64,000 nt of DNA, from contig JALMLS010000440.1 of assembly GCA_038496445.1 (NCBI GenBank), positions 248,001-312,000 on the forward strand, given 5' to 3'. The notes beneath the pieces were generated by a model. It ran no database searches. It saw nothing but the letters and a program-made list of their open reading frames with translations, and was not told where the DNA came from. The position numbers were made by a program, and so were the translations under genes. Origin of the DNA: Trichosphaerium sp. ATCC 40318 (lineage: Eukaryota; Protista; Tubulinea). The number at the start of each line of letters is the position of its first letter. Within the stretch, counting starts at the first letter, position 1. Below are positions 11,744 to 28,195 of the stretch, one piece after another.

Positions 11744-13862
11744 ATGAAAAGAGTAGCTACTGAAGTTTTTTTACTGCTGGCTTTCTGCCTGAATATTAGC
11801 GCCACTCTCGTAGTTATAGACAGCAATGAAGAACCTATGGAGCTTGCTCCAATTAAATTTAGAAAAAATTCTATCACGTGGAACTTTACAGGCGTTGTAT
11901 TAGTTCCAGAGACTGCTACGAACTTCTCAGGCAAGTAAAGGCGGAATTGCCAATGACGTGCCTGTAATTCTAAGTTCTGTTTTACAGGCAAACTGGTGAT
12001 GCTAGCTGAGCGTGGAGAACCTCAAGAGCCACTTTTAATGCGCATTCAAAGAGGTGGAGCTTTAGGAATTATATCAAGGACAAAGGCGCCTGGGAAAGGA
12101 GAATTTGAGATACATTTTGGTAACGATGACATTTTCGTGAGTATCGAAGACATTTTCTACTCTCATACAGCGAGGGGTATCCCGACTCATAAAACTTAAA
12201 CTGCCTAAAACCTTGGCACCACATAATAGATAACAACATTATAAGGGGCAATATCTTTTTTCTTTTTCTTTGCGCGAGATTTAATCGCCAAACTCCTTGT
12301 GGTATACAGATTGAATGCACTTCAAACACTATGTGGCGCCCGCTACCAATGTTTCAAGAAGCAGTTTAAGTTGTACGAGTCGGGATACTCCGCTGTATCA
12401 GGAGGTAGATTTGGTTGAAAAACACGTGTTTTTTGTAATGAGGGTATTTTTAGATTCCTCTTGGTGAAGTTGATGCTAGTTTTGATTTTGATCTTTTGGT
12501 CGCTAATGGATCTTTTCTTGTTGATGCTATACCTGACGGTAATGTATGGGTGGATACACTGGGTAGTAGTTGGATGATTGTATGGCTCGTAACTATTATT
12601 ACCGTCAACTTCAGTGCACTTGGATACGCATTGTACACGTGCGTAGTAATTAAAATATGCGATTATTGTTTACCAGTCTTCATAGGTTGTATCTCCTTAA
12701 GGTATATGAGCGTTGTCATATCAAGTCTGTACCGATAGTATGTGTTGTTTTGTCAATGTTCGCTATTATATGTCGTCTTATACTGCATGGCACGTAGTTG
12801 TTTTTTAGTATCTTTAAGCTTGCTAACCTATTGTTTCAAATAGCTGTCGACCCTTTTGGTAGCTTTAAAGTTTATCCCTTTTTTATTGTGAGGTCTGCGT
12901 TTACTATTAGTTTGACATTCTCGTGCGTCCAATCATAAACAAAGGCCACTATCTAATTTATTCATTAGTGTAACTTGTTCGGTTTTGGTGGCTTTGTTCT
13001 GGTACTGTGTAATGAAACTAAACTACTGGAAACTAACAAACAGATATAGGCATCAAGTTCTCGCAAGGAAAGATCTCAAAGTTAGGAACTATTTGACAAA
13101 AACTCAATACGTTTTCTACGGATACTTTGCTGTACTGATGCTCATTACCCTCTTTAACTCAATGGCTCCATTTATCTCGGATAAGAGAGGTTTTTCTACG
13201 GTTTCCTCTGCACTTCTTGTACGCGTCATTCAATCTATTTATAGAGCTTTAGATTTCTCAGTCTCTGTAGGTCCTCACAATACTTGCAGCGTTGATATAC
13301 TGCCTCGTTATCGCGGGTATTATTTTGGCAAAGCTGAGACTTGGTGTAGAAGATGGTCAAAGTAGGAAAATGGCTTTGAAAGTAAGCGGAAACAACCCGA
13401 TACACTTTATTAAATGGTTTTTTGTAGGTACTTTATCGAATACTTGTTGTTGGAGCTTCGAGTTTTGCTATTCTGTTTTTCTTTGGGCTTTCAATTACTT
13501 CTGTTTCAGATAACCCTGTAGGTTATGTAATCGTATGGTACTCTTTCTTTATGTTTAGCTCTGTACTTGACTTGGTACGTCGTTTTAAAAGTCACGTGAT
13601 ACTACAAGAGCTGCCCTCTTTTTAAAGAATACTCGCCATGTTCATGTACATGTAGTTCTAAGGGTGACATGAAAGCTTTTCAACTGCAACAGTATTCGTT
13701 TTTCTAATTCTTTTTGTTTAGCTACAGATTTGGATGGTACAGAAGTCTCAGCAAAAGACAACAACTAGCTTTTCTAACAAGAGCGGAGACAAAAATAGTA
13801 CAATTCCCACCAAGACTAAAGACGTTGTAGGGTCACCTGAAACAACTCTTGTACTTACTTAA
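11744..13862 (+). CDS. Signal peptide + PA-like ectodomain + about 7-TM receptor-like protein (multi-exon)
   Basis: Signal-like MKRVATEVFLLLAFCLNISA. PA-domain pattern GKLVML...RIQRGGALGII...IPLGEV. Then DGNVWVDTLGS and about seven hydrophobic segments (including AVDPFG and LVALFWY), with a Ser/Thr/Lys tail ending at TAA 13862. Confidence 0.7.
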
Positions 13863-14624
13863 ATAAAACTGCCATACAAGTTGAAACTTCGTTTTCTCAC
13901 TTTTGTTAATGAGCAACAAAAATACAAACACTTAATTACTATTGTTGTTAGACACCACTTCGAGATTATTAGAACTAGCCTCAAGTGAGAGCTACCTTGT
14001 TTTGTAAGCAATCGCGACGATTACAATATAGATGTTCTGATTTCTAGATAATTTCGCGGATGGTTTTTAGCTAATACCGTGATTTTCTTGCTCAATGGAG
14101 CTATGAATGGTCTAGTGCGCTCTTTTCAGTGTCAGGCTACATGTTTTGACACTGTCATTTTGATTGGTAGACGGTTTTTTCGAGTATTGCCTTTTGTTTT
14201 AACAACGAATGATGTCGACATTTTTTTTTTTGTCACGTGATTTTTGATTTTAAGGTGTTTTGCTATGTAGGTCGTAAAGCGCGGCGAGTTTGGATACGAG
14301 AAGGAAATATTGATACAGATATTGGGTCTCTTGTGGCTGATATTTACTTCAATGATACTACTACGAACGGATACGTAATAGAGCGTTGGGCTATTTATTC
14401 GGTTCACATATCCAAACTTAATTTATTTTTATTTTCAAATATCACAACATCTCCAGTGTCGCCAAAGGAAAAAAAACACTTGTCACGTGATAACAGAGTC
14501 GCACATTACATAACTTGTGTACTACAAGAACTTTCTTGTGCACTCTTATGTAAAAACATGTCGAACATTCTTTACACTTTTCAAACAGCACCTTTCGTGA
14601 CGACTTTCCTTCTTCAACTCTAAT

Positions 14625-17600
14625 ATGGAATTAAAGTGGTTATGTATATTTCTTACGTTGTATCTCACCGTATTAGCACACCCTGGGTATATCTAACTAA
14701 CATTAAAAATAAGTAACGCTTTCTCTTAGATACCGCTCTACGCCCTTTGCACCAGCAGGATTCGATTGTGCTGCGCGTAAATTGGCGTACAAATACGCAT
14801 TACAACAGCAAGGCTTTAGAGGAAACTTGAAGTACGCCTAGTTTTACACTTCCGGTACTCAAACTGACACCCCTGACAGGTCAGTATTCGATGCTCTTGA
14901 ACTACACACTCTATGCGGTGTACCGGACATTAAGGATATCAAGGCGAAACCAACACGTGCTTTTGGGTCTTCAAAAGCAGAAAAAAAGTTTTTTGTTTCG
15001 CCAACAGGGTATAAAACACGTGGCAAATTGTGGAACAATATTTTTATCCGGAATCTCAGTTTTCCGCATATGCCTTTCATCTCTGAAGGTCATCTAATAC
15101 AACTTAGGTCTGACAGTAATCCTGGGACGCTAGAGAAGCCTTTCAGGACAATAAATGAAGCTGTTGTCAAAGCTAGAAGCATTTCTGGAGGCGTTGAGAT
15201 CTTATTGAGGGAGGTACATTAAACAAATACTGTGATTCACTCTGTTTGCTGAGTTGCTTACAAGGGCGTATATTACCTTCAAAAGACGCTGTCTCTATCT
15301 ACCTCGGATTCAGACATCACCTTTGCTAGCTACAACAGTACGCACAGTTCAAAGTACATGTTCCTGCTTTAATGCATTCATGCCTAGACGAAAATGCTGA
15401 GATAAACGGTGGTATTCCTCTTCCAGATCTCACCTGGAAGCCTTATAAAGTAGATAAAACGATGAACATTTACGTAGCTGATTTAAGCAGTTACAATATT
15501 ACAACGCTTCCTGGGTTCAGGTATGACTAGGCATATCCTTCGTTGATTGTTTATGCTGATCACTTTCTTCACAGGGTAAACGGTAGGAGAGCAATCCGTG
15601 CTCGGCATCCAAATGCAAATCCAGAACTAGATATATTTCCAACTGGTTGGATTAGTTCAGTGAGTCATTCTATACCTCAACAACGGCTATTTAGCCACGT
15701 GTATATAAAGATCTGCTAATATTTTTTACTAGGCACAAGAGTGGCTTGCACCAAAAAAATATGCTCCAGCAACAACACAAATTAACAAAGAATACTCAAG
15801 GACATACCAAACAGAGTTTCAAGTAAGTTAACGAAAAGAAAGTTGTAAAAAAACGCAGTACTTGCTGTGTATTTCCTAGCTAATATTTGTAGAACTGGAC
15901 CATTGGTATTGATGGAGCATGTTCTATATATACACCTCCAGAAAGTTATTGGTGTTCTAGCGCTCTTTCTGGTGGCGGTGCTGAGCCATTCAAACTGCCA
16001 TCTGGTGTGGTGTACAATGAAAACACCTTTTCAAGTAAGTCTCGTGCTCAACCCTTAGTTTTACTAACTTACTCTTCCAAGATGGTCCATGGGCGGATCC
16101 TTCGGATGCTGTATTACACGTATTTAGACCTAATCATTGGTCACTGTACGGGAATTTTTTAAAAACCGTGTTCGGACTAACGACTTAAAAAGGTGGATGT
16201 TTGAACTTGCTTCTTATGATGCAAAGACACGAACAATAAAGTTCGGAAAAGGCGGTTTCCAGGTTCTCCTTGTTTTAAAACAATCCGTATATTAATCAAC
16301 TATTAAAGGGAGCACGTGGAAATAATAAAGGAGCTGATTGGTACATCGAAAATGTGTTCGAAGAGTTGGACTATCCAAACGAATATTACTTCAATACTAC
16401 AACAAAGCAACTGTACTTTTTCTTCAATGGTAGGGTGTCAAACACTTTCGCTCGTGTACTCATATTGATCTCTTTTGTATAGGGACCGGAGCACCACCAA
16501 GTGATACAAAGTTTGAAGCGACTAATCTCAAGACTCTTATTAGTGTAGTCGGTACTCAACAAGATCCAGTACGAAATGTGGCTTTCAAAGGGCTTCATTT
16601 CGCGAATACTGCATATACTTTTATGGACCCTCATGGCGTCCCATCAGGTAACTGCTTGTTCAAGCGCTCAATCCTTAATATTAAAATTTAGGCGGTGATT
16701 GGGGACTTCAAAGAATGGGCGCAGTTTTCTTACAAGGAACGGAAAAAGCTACAGTTTCATCTTGTCATTTTGAAGGTCTAGACGGAAACGCTCTTTTCTT
16801 GTCTGGCTATGTAAGGAACACAACTATATCTAAAAACGAGTTTGTATGGATTGGTGATACTGCAATGGCTGCGTGGGGTTTTACAAAAGGTATAGATGGT
16901 ACAGACGGTAGGCAGCCTCGCTATACCTTAATCGAAGAAAACTTGATTCATGAATACGGTATTTGGGAAAAACAGTCAGCAGCCTGGTTTCAAGGAAAGG
17001 CTTGCCTGACAACTATAAGAGGTATCTCCTCCACTGTCACATTATTTCTTTTCATGACGTTATAATCACTATACTCATAGGTAACATATTCTTTAATGGT
17101 CCGAGAGCTGGTATCAACTTTAATGATGGATTTGGAGGTGGAAACGAAGTCGCACGTGATAAAATAAAATGTCGCACCCTCTTTCCTAATTTTTTCTTAA
17201 TAATAGACAGAAAATTTGCTGTTTAATCAATGCAGAGAGTCTAGTGACCATGGTCCGTTCAATTCATGGGATAGACAGGTTTGTAGATAAGTCAAATGAA
17301 TTTAAATGCTAACCAATTTCTCAGCCATTCTTAACGAAGGTTGCCACTGGAAAACCTTCATTGATACCTGCTTACAACGAAATACATAGAAACTTCATTA
17401 TTGGTAACTACGGGTACTGTATTAACTCATACACTTTTGTCATTCATTAATATCTTTAGGTCTTCTATGTGCGTTGATAATGATGACGGAAGCTCTTGGT
17501 ACAAGATACATGATAACTTTGAAGTATACGGAGGACACAAGAGTAATTTTGGAGGACACAACAAATTCACTTACAACTCCTTACAAGCTTACGTACAATT

Positions 17601-18093
17601 ATACGGTGGACAATGTTTAGGAAGTAAAAGCATCGTATGTCGAAGCTTGTTCCTCTATCCAAGCTAAATAAGTTTTTGTAGGATAAGGCTGGGTATGTTG
17701 AAGGGTACTGGAACAACACGTGCATCCAATTCATTACAACTCCATACATTGACATATACCATTGTGATCTAAATGCCAAAGACGTACATCAACACCTTAA
17801 CTTAACCCTTCAGTTAAGTCTAACTCCTATGCTTTCTAGACCTTACCTAACACTTACAATAATACGATTTATAATAAGCTTGGTAAAGCAGAGGTTAGAT
17901 GTACTAAAACAGAATATGACTTAGCTCAGTGGCAAAAACTAGGATTTGTACGTGTTGTTAACATTTCGCTTGGTTCTTTGAACCGTTTCTTAATGTTAAA
18001 TACCTCTAGGAGCAAGGGACGAAAGTTTATGAACTTCCAACTAACGCTCAAGTTATCGCGTGGGCACAAAAGCTTTTGTCGATTGAAGACTAA
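14625..18093 (+). CDS. Secreted right-handed parallel beta-helix protein (GH141-like / pectin-lyase fold), about 19 exons
   Basis: Signal peptide; FFVSPTGSDSNPGTLEKPFRTI (DUF1565-type start); RARHPN; WYIENVFEELDYPNEYYF; GIWEKQSA; NGPRAGINFNDGFGGGN; RESSDHGPFNSWDRQ; DNDDGSS. Stop TAA at 18093. Confidence 0.85.
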
Positions 18094-18597
18094 ATAAATA
18101 CATGGATTTTGAGCTTGTTTCAAAATCGGAATGTTCCTTTCATACGTACCAAATAATAGTTCAGTAATTCTCTACATTTGCTTCGCATTTACCTTTATAT
18201 TTTGTAAGGCTGTACGCTACTTTTATATTCTAAAAACTCCACTTCTTGTTGAACTGTAGGTATAAAGCATTCCATCTCTCTTCGAGAAAGACCGAGACGC
18301 CGAATCACTCCCGAAAGTGTCGGACTTAGTAATCATGTCACGTGATGGAGAAATATTTTCGTTGAACTTCCTTGTGTTTTGTATTTGCTGTTATGATTAG
18401 TGTTAAAAACAAGCATTGGTAGTTTTAGAAGAACTACTACTTAGCGCATCATGTTACATCATGGTATACTTCTGCAGTTTAAGCGAAAATATGTTTAAGG
18501 CTACTTTGCTGAAGCCTTTAAGACACTCCGAAAATCATCATTATACAAAAACAACACTAACAGTAAACCTAAAATATCACTACTATAACAAACAAAC

Positions 18598-19563
18598 ATG
18601 TCTGATAAGGATAAGAAATCAAAGAAAGACAAGGTACTAAACAACATTACTTCTTTGTTAAACATCAATTCTGAGCAAGTAGTATCAAAACAACCTCAAA
18701 ATAGCCTCAAAATACAAGGCTATTGACGGAGCTTTAATTAAAACGTGAATGACACGTGCTATTTTTATTTTATCGATTTCGCCTGCACTACCACTTATAA
18801 AATCGGGCTAAACTCCGGAGTGTTTTGAGCAACGTGTACAGACGCTCTTTTTTTTTCTCCTTTTTTTTTTCTTATCTTTTTTACAGTCAACACCAATACA
18901 GACAAGGGGACACTACTTCGGGCCTGATGCTATTGGAGGCGTGTACGGCGATTTAAAAACTCTTAAAGATGGGGTGGACAGTAGCGATACTGTAGTTGCT
19001 CCTGTTGGGTATTGGTACGATAAAACTAAAATAAATAAGCACAAGTATTCTTTCTTACACTTATAGGCCCTTCCACTTGTTTAAAACTGCAAGTCGTGCT
19101 TCTCCAGAATACGGATTTATAATGATATACGCGCAGAAAGATGGTGACCACGTTGACAATGCTCTTATGGTGATTTATGAAGGAGCAAAGGGTACTAAGC
19201 CAAAAGTCAAGTACAAGTATTTAACAAAGACTGTGTTAGGTCCTATTGGACAACCAACTCATTGTATTCCTCTTATTCTACGAGGTGATAAACAATGGAC
19301 AATGGGTAAACTATCAAACAAGACTTCAAAAGATCAAGTAAGATTATATGCACGTGATCCAGACGGCAAAGGTATGAACTTTATTAATTTTATGACATCC
19401 TCAAAATGTCTGTTCAGGAACAACTCCATGCTTTGGTGTTGGTAGAAAGCACTTGAATGAATTTGCACATCTACTAAAGCCTTATGTTCGTGTAATTACA
19501 AAGGACAGAAAAAAGCAGCTTGGTGTTGCTTTAGAAACATTTGATGATCCCTCACTTCAATGA
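18598..19563 (+). CDS. Hypothetical protein, about 190 aa, 4 exons
   Basis: ATG 18598 (MSDKDKKSKKDK) and canonical introns join STPIQTRGHYFGP..., ORF 19077-19370 and a last exon ending FDDPSLQ-TGA. No family was recognised. Confidence 0.6.
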
Positions 19564-19850
19564 GCTATAAAGTGTTTGAACACCCAATAAATAACAACTA
19601 TTCAATGTCTTAGCACTTTTTCAATATGACAGTTCACTGGCGCTTTATGTATGTCTCTACCATTATCTCACAAGCTCAACCAAATGGTGTATTATGATGA
19701 TTATCTTTATTTTGAATCAAAACACTAGTAAAAAGATAGTGGAACAAATGTGATCATCTCTGGCTTTCATGTACTATTTTGGTGGTGCAACTGTCGGCGA
19801 GTATATTTCAGACTTACGAGTTGGTGATAAAAGGTATAAAAGGTGTTTTT

Positions 19851-20483
19851 TTATGGTTTTTGTCGAAAATCCAAACCTGATAACTTGTCCCGTATAATTT
19901 TATGAACACCCAAAAGTGATTTCATACCTTCATATGTAATACCTTCATAACAATGGCTGACATCAATAGTATGAACACCTAATAGTGACTTTATGCCTTC
20001 ATCTGTAATACCCTGACACCACCTGAGATAAATACTATGAACACCTGAAAGTGACTTTATACCTTCATCTGTAATACCACCGCAACCACTGAGGTTGATT
20101 GAATGAACACCTGAAAGTGACTTTATGCCTTCATCTGTAATACCCTCACACCAACTAAGACATATTGTATGTACACCAGAAAGAGATTTTAGATCTTCAT
20201 TTGTAATAACCTTACACTCACGGAGATCAATGGTATGAACTCCAGCAAATCTTGTTAATGTGCCTTCATAAATGGGTAAGATTCTGATTTTTGTATGCCT
20301 TAGAGTGCTACTATGTTTTAATAGCACTTCTGCTTGTTCTACAGATGAAATTGTAACACTGTCGTATCCAACAATATCATGAATGATGGAAGCGAGACAA
20401 CGGCACGTTTGGCAAGCTTTAAATCGTGCTTTTGTTGTTTGTCGTAAAATATAGGCTAATATCTCTGTAGGTAACTCCAGCAT
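19851..20483 (-). CDS. F-box / LRR protein (intronless)
   Basis: MLELPTEILAYIL F-box, then 22-aa tandem LRRs GVHxIxLxxCxGITDEGIKSL. Confidence 0.9.
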   Translation of the reverse strand: MLELPTEILAYILRQTTKARFKACQTCRCLASIIHDIVGYDSVTISSVEQAEVLLKHSSTLRHTKIRILPIYEGTLTRFAGVHTIDLRECKVITNEDLKSLSGVHTICLSWCEGITDEGIKSLSGVHSINLSGCGGITDEGIKSLSGVHSIYLRWCQGITDEGIKSLLGVHTIDVSHCYEGITYEGMKSLLGVHKIIRDKLSGLDFRQKP

Positions 20484-20960
20484 TGGTGCGCTTGCAAGCG
20501 GGATGTTAGAGGATAGATAGGAGTAATTTAAATTACCTTTGATGTACAGTGAGTGTATGTTGTTTTGACATGTTTAGTGTTGTTAAACAATCAGTCTAAA
20601 CACGTGAAAACTTTGATCTCAGTCTTATTTTGACTCAGCTTTGACCAAGTGATTTAAGCAGTAAACAGACGAAACCAATCCGATGCTTGTGTTGTACTAT
20701 ATACATAACGCGAAATGTGCTCGAATAAAGTCAAGTGAACAACAGTTCCTGAACTATTCTAATTATGTGTTGCATAGCCTGACAGTACTATCCATACATC
20801 AGTGTTTACACTTCTATCTGTGTATAGCATTTACTTCCTGCAATACCTACCACGTGGTGATGGCCTGAACAACTTTAAGTTAGTCTGTATGAAACTAACC
20901 TTATTACACGTTTTACATTTTATTTTTAGACTACACGTGACATAAGTGTATAGCATGTAT

Positions 20961-22378
20961 TCATTCCAAAACAAACCAGACTTCAATCTTTTTTGGGAAC
21001 TCTTTGTCTTTTGACATCTTCACTTTTTTGTATTGTTGTCCCGCTATCTCCTTTTCTTTTCAAGCTATTACCATTCTCCTCATTTATTACCTTTACTGAG
21101 TCTACTAATTTATAATCTCCAACATAAGTACGTAATAAATCAATAACAACAGCACCACAGCCTAATACTTGCCCTAGAAAACGAGTTAACTACAATGTTG
21201 ATTTGAAAAAAAAAGGTGAAAAAAAATCAAAACGTCAACGCTGATACCGATCTAAGCGGTTTTTTCGATTTTAAGGTTAGTGTGTACGTACCCAAGTTAT
21301 TACTAATTGATCTAACATAAGTACCATGAGAAGCACTAACTGTTATTTGAGCAATATTCATTGACTTGTCTTGGTTTTTATCAAAAAAATTATTCCATTT
21401 TTCAATTGTAATGTCTTGACGAAAGTCGCCTTTTACATTAGATAATCTTGTTATAACATGTTCTCTAAGTTTTTCTATACTCCATACTTGTACCCAATCA
21501 AGTGTTATCTCAAATATTTCGATCTGTTTCTTTGGTATAAGGTGTTTTACTTCATCAATTTTACCCAACTTAGCCCAATAAAACAAAGGCTTGCTCTTCA
21601 CACGTACAGACGAGAATGGCGGATATGTTTGTTCATGCTTACCTTTAACTTATTAGTTACAAAAAATATAATTCAGTTCGCTCAAAACAACACGTGACAT
21701 AATCAATGTCAAGCAAAAAAATCGGTTTTTTTCGGTTTTTTTCAAGAAAAAAGTTGTGTACCTGCCATTCCCTCGACATGTTTTGACAGACGTTCTTCAA
21801 AATCGGTCCCACAATCTACGGAGGCACCTACAGACGCATAGCGGTAAGAAACGATGTATTTTTAACGAGAATGGAGCATTCTATTAGTGGCTTGTTAAAA
21901 GCAAGTACAAAGGTGTCGTACCATCTTTAAGAATGCCTAGAACATCATACGTATCCGTAGAAACTCCAAAGGCGCTTTGAAACACATACCTATCAATGAA
22001 TTAGAAATACTCATTTTCGAGCATCTCACGCACTCTTTATCCATTCCTTCGTATTCTTGACGCTTTTTGTTTTCATCGCCAACTAAACAAACCAAAACGC
22101 CTCGTGCCATTGGGTCAAGGCGCCCAGCACATGCTATCTCATGTAGCTTGAATAACGCGCACTTTTGGGTGAGTTTAACGAACCAATTTTCAAATGTTTG
22201 CCATCAACCGTTTTATAATCAGGATTCTTTACTCGGAATGCGTCTATAGTTTGTAGAGGTGTGAACGACACTAAAGAATCATAAATGAGCTTCAAATGCT
22301 TCAAATGCTTCACATTCGTATAAATTAATTACCTGGCTTGTATAAGTTAACTACTGACTCCAAGGTGTTCGCCGCCAT
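20961..22378 (-). CDS. truB: TruB-family tRNA pseudouridine synthase (spliced, atypical motif II)
   Basis: MAANTLESVVNLYKP|..TPLQ (motif I); AGRLDPMARGVL with the catalytic Asp; FGVSTDTYDVLG; QTYPPFSSVRVKSKPLFYWA; SHGTYVRSISNNLG; LLRTYVG. Confidence 0.85.
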
Positions 22379-22601
22379 CGTTAGCGTTGACAGATAAAAG
22401 TCGCAATTAGTCCAAATTAAACAAAGGTTGAAAGCTTCCTAATACTTTTACCAATCGATACCACTATCATAAAACACACGATAGATAGCGTATAATTTAA
22501 TCTATTTATTGTATAATCGTCACCTGTTTTTGCAAAAGGTATTGATCGCTCTGAAGAGCATGTCTTACTTGTAATAGTTTGATTCACAAGCAATTTAGCG
22601 C
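22379..22601. promoter_or_regulatory. Probable bidirectional promoter (truB-like / ACAP-like)
   Basis: 223-bp gap between two divergent start codons; inferred from gene arrangement only. Confidence 0.4.
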
Positions 22602-25890
<3,289 letters not shown>

Positions 25891-26374
25891 AAGAAAAAAA
25901 AAACAACAACCCAAAAAAAAAAGGCAAAAAATACTCCAAAACTACCTCCCCCTATTCTTTGTGTACTTGTAGATAAAACATACTTTATAAACCCAGTAAA
26001 TACAGTATAAAACTATTATCACGTGTTAGTTACTTGCTTATACGTATAGCGTTATCACAACATTTTCTAGCTTACACAACTGAAAATCTGTTCCTCGTAC
26101 GGAAGAATATATCTACCATTTTCTGCACAACAAAAGGAGTAAGTGATTGTGGCGCGTAGAAAACTCAAAATTTTATACTCTAACCTTCCAAAGGTGTAAA
26201 AAAGTGAGAACCTATGGAAATTAAGTAGTCTTTTAGCAAAGGAATCCATTTGTAACCAGTGGCATGTGACAAAGAGTGCATTATTCGAAGTCTGAGAAAC
26301 AAGTTGTAATTTCAGTGAACGGTTTACATTATTTTAAGACACTTTAAACGCCAAACAACAACGCGAACACCTCA

Positions 26375-26623
26375 ATGGATACTTTAAAACAAGATAATAG
26401 CACAGCGTGGGAAAGAAGCTACAACGGCAAGAAGAAGGACCACAGGTGTCGCTACAGTCAACGAAGCAGGCATTACAAACAAGATAAGGTTCGTGGTTGG
26501 CGCCGTAGAGCCGATAGAAAAGCACAACACAGCGTTAGAACACAAACGCGGTCAGCGTTATCTAAACAAGCGATTAAAGATGCCTCTGATATTCCCTTTA
26601 ACAAGTATAAAGCGGGATACTAA
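26375..26623 (+). CDS. Possible small basic protein (82 aa)
   Basis: ATG-initiated intronless Arg/Lys-rich ORF; no homology recognised. Confidence 0.25.
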   Translation: MDTLKQDNSTAWERSYNGKKKDHRCRYSQRSRHYKQDKVRGWRRRADRKAQHSVRTQTRSALSKQAIKDASDIPFNKYKAGY

Positions 26624-27114
26624 CTAAGCACCTGTGAAAAGGGTCTGGAGCATAAAACTTGTATTTCTCATTAAATCTGTACATTAGTCCTCTAGCTCGC
26701 CGTTTGTTCTATCACAGAGTCTACAAAGGGTTGGGTTTCCAACTACAATGTCGTAACCAAATAACGACCAAACAACCGTTACACGTGCGTAAAAGTTACT
26801 GACTGCAGCAACTTAATTGCCACGGTACACTTTGCAAACGCATTGGACACCTGGTTGACTATGGGGAGATAATTTATTGTATCAACAAAGTCGTTTGAAA
26901 TCGGTTTCAAGTGGGATGTCAAAGCATATCAATTCAATCTTAACATCTGTTGTCAGCGTCCAAAAAACCTGTCCTGAAGCATTGTGTAACAGGCGTCACA
27001 ATTACTGCTACTGATGACACAAACCATCCTGCTGTGAAACACTATCATATCGTAGTACACAGAACTACCATGTGCCTAGTTATGCAAAATAATATAGTAT
27101 ACTTTATTTAACAC

Positions 27115-28195
27115 CTATTTTGTGACCTCATAGGTATATCTAATACCCATTGACTTGACAGCCTCTTCTGAAATATTATCACAGTCCAGTACAGTAATAC
27201 TTTTCAGAGATTTCAAGTGCTTCAAGCAATCACCAGTAATCATGTAACAGTCATCTAACACAAGTTGTTCCAGGTTAACTAATGTCTTCAAACCTGAGTT
27301 TGTAAAATCACCATACTCAAGATGAAGATGTTTGACATTAGTCAACGCTTTGATTCAGTCATCCGTAAATGATTGAAGGTTGTTTATAATGCGTACTGTG
27401 TGTACATCACAAAGGTACTCAAGAAATCCATCTTTTCTTGTCGTTCCTTGAATGCCATCATTACTAAATTTAATCTCATGGACACCCTTGAGTGCCTTTA
27501 TTCCTTCAATGCCTAAATTATTGCAATCGTGAAGATGAATGGTGTGAACGCCAGCAAGAGCTTTGATGCCCTTATCTGTCACTTTTGGACCATAAAGATG
27601 AATTGTATGAACACTACCAAGAGCTTCAATACCTTTGTAAGTAACGTCAGTATTTAGAAGACTAATGTAATGAACACTAGCAGAGCTTCAACTCCTTTGT
27701 ATGTAACATTTGTATCATTCAAATAAATCGTATGAACGCCAGCGAGTGCAATCACACCATCATCTGTTACTCTTGTATAACCAAGGTTTATAGAGTGAAC
27801 ACCAGCAAGATATTCAATAGCTTCATCATCAATAGGAGTTTGATAAAGGTTAATTGTATGAACTCCTGCAAGCCATTTAACACCTTTAGCTGATACCTTA
27901 GTTTTACGAAGGTCAATCAAATTGTGTGAACTCCTTTAAATTTTTCCAGAAGATTGTCACCAGGAAACCCTTTAAGTAAATCATTAACTAACCGGATATT
28001 TGTGTGTTTAATGATGCCCTTGTGTTTTATAACTTCAAGTGCTTGCTTGTTTGTTGTTATACTGACGCTATAGTATCCAATGATGTCATGTATGATAGAA
28101 GAAAGGAGATGACATGTTTGACAAGCTTTAAATCGTGCTTTCCTTGTAAACAAGAGAATGCTCGCTATAATCTCTATTGGTAGATCCAATAACAT
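27115..28195 (-). pseudogene. F-box / LRR pseudogene
   Basis: Close paralog of 19851-20483 (KARFKACQTC). It is broken by a 5-nt insertion near 27918, a 1-nt deletion near 27682 and an in-frame TGA at 27355 (FTDD*IKAL, where other repeats read TDxGIKAL). Confidence 0.85.

Noticed and set aside
14090-14623. Overlapping short ORFs between the PA-7TM and beta-helix genes
   Set aside because: No consistent start, frame or motif; likely intergenic DNA or a decayed remnant.
27340-27360. In-frame TGA in an LRR gene suggesting stop-codon reassignment or readthrough
   Set aside because: The same gene has two frameshifts, and other genes here end in TGA, so pseudogenisation explains it.
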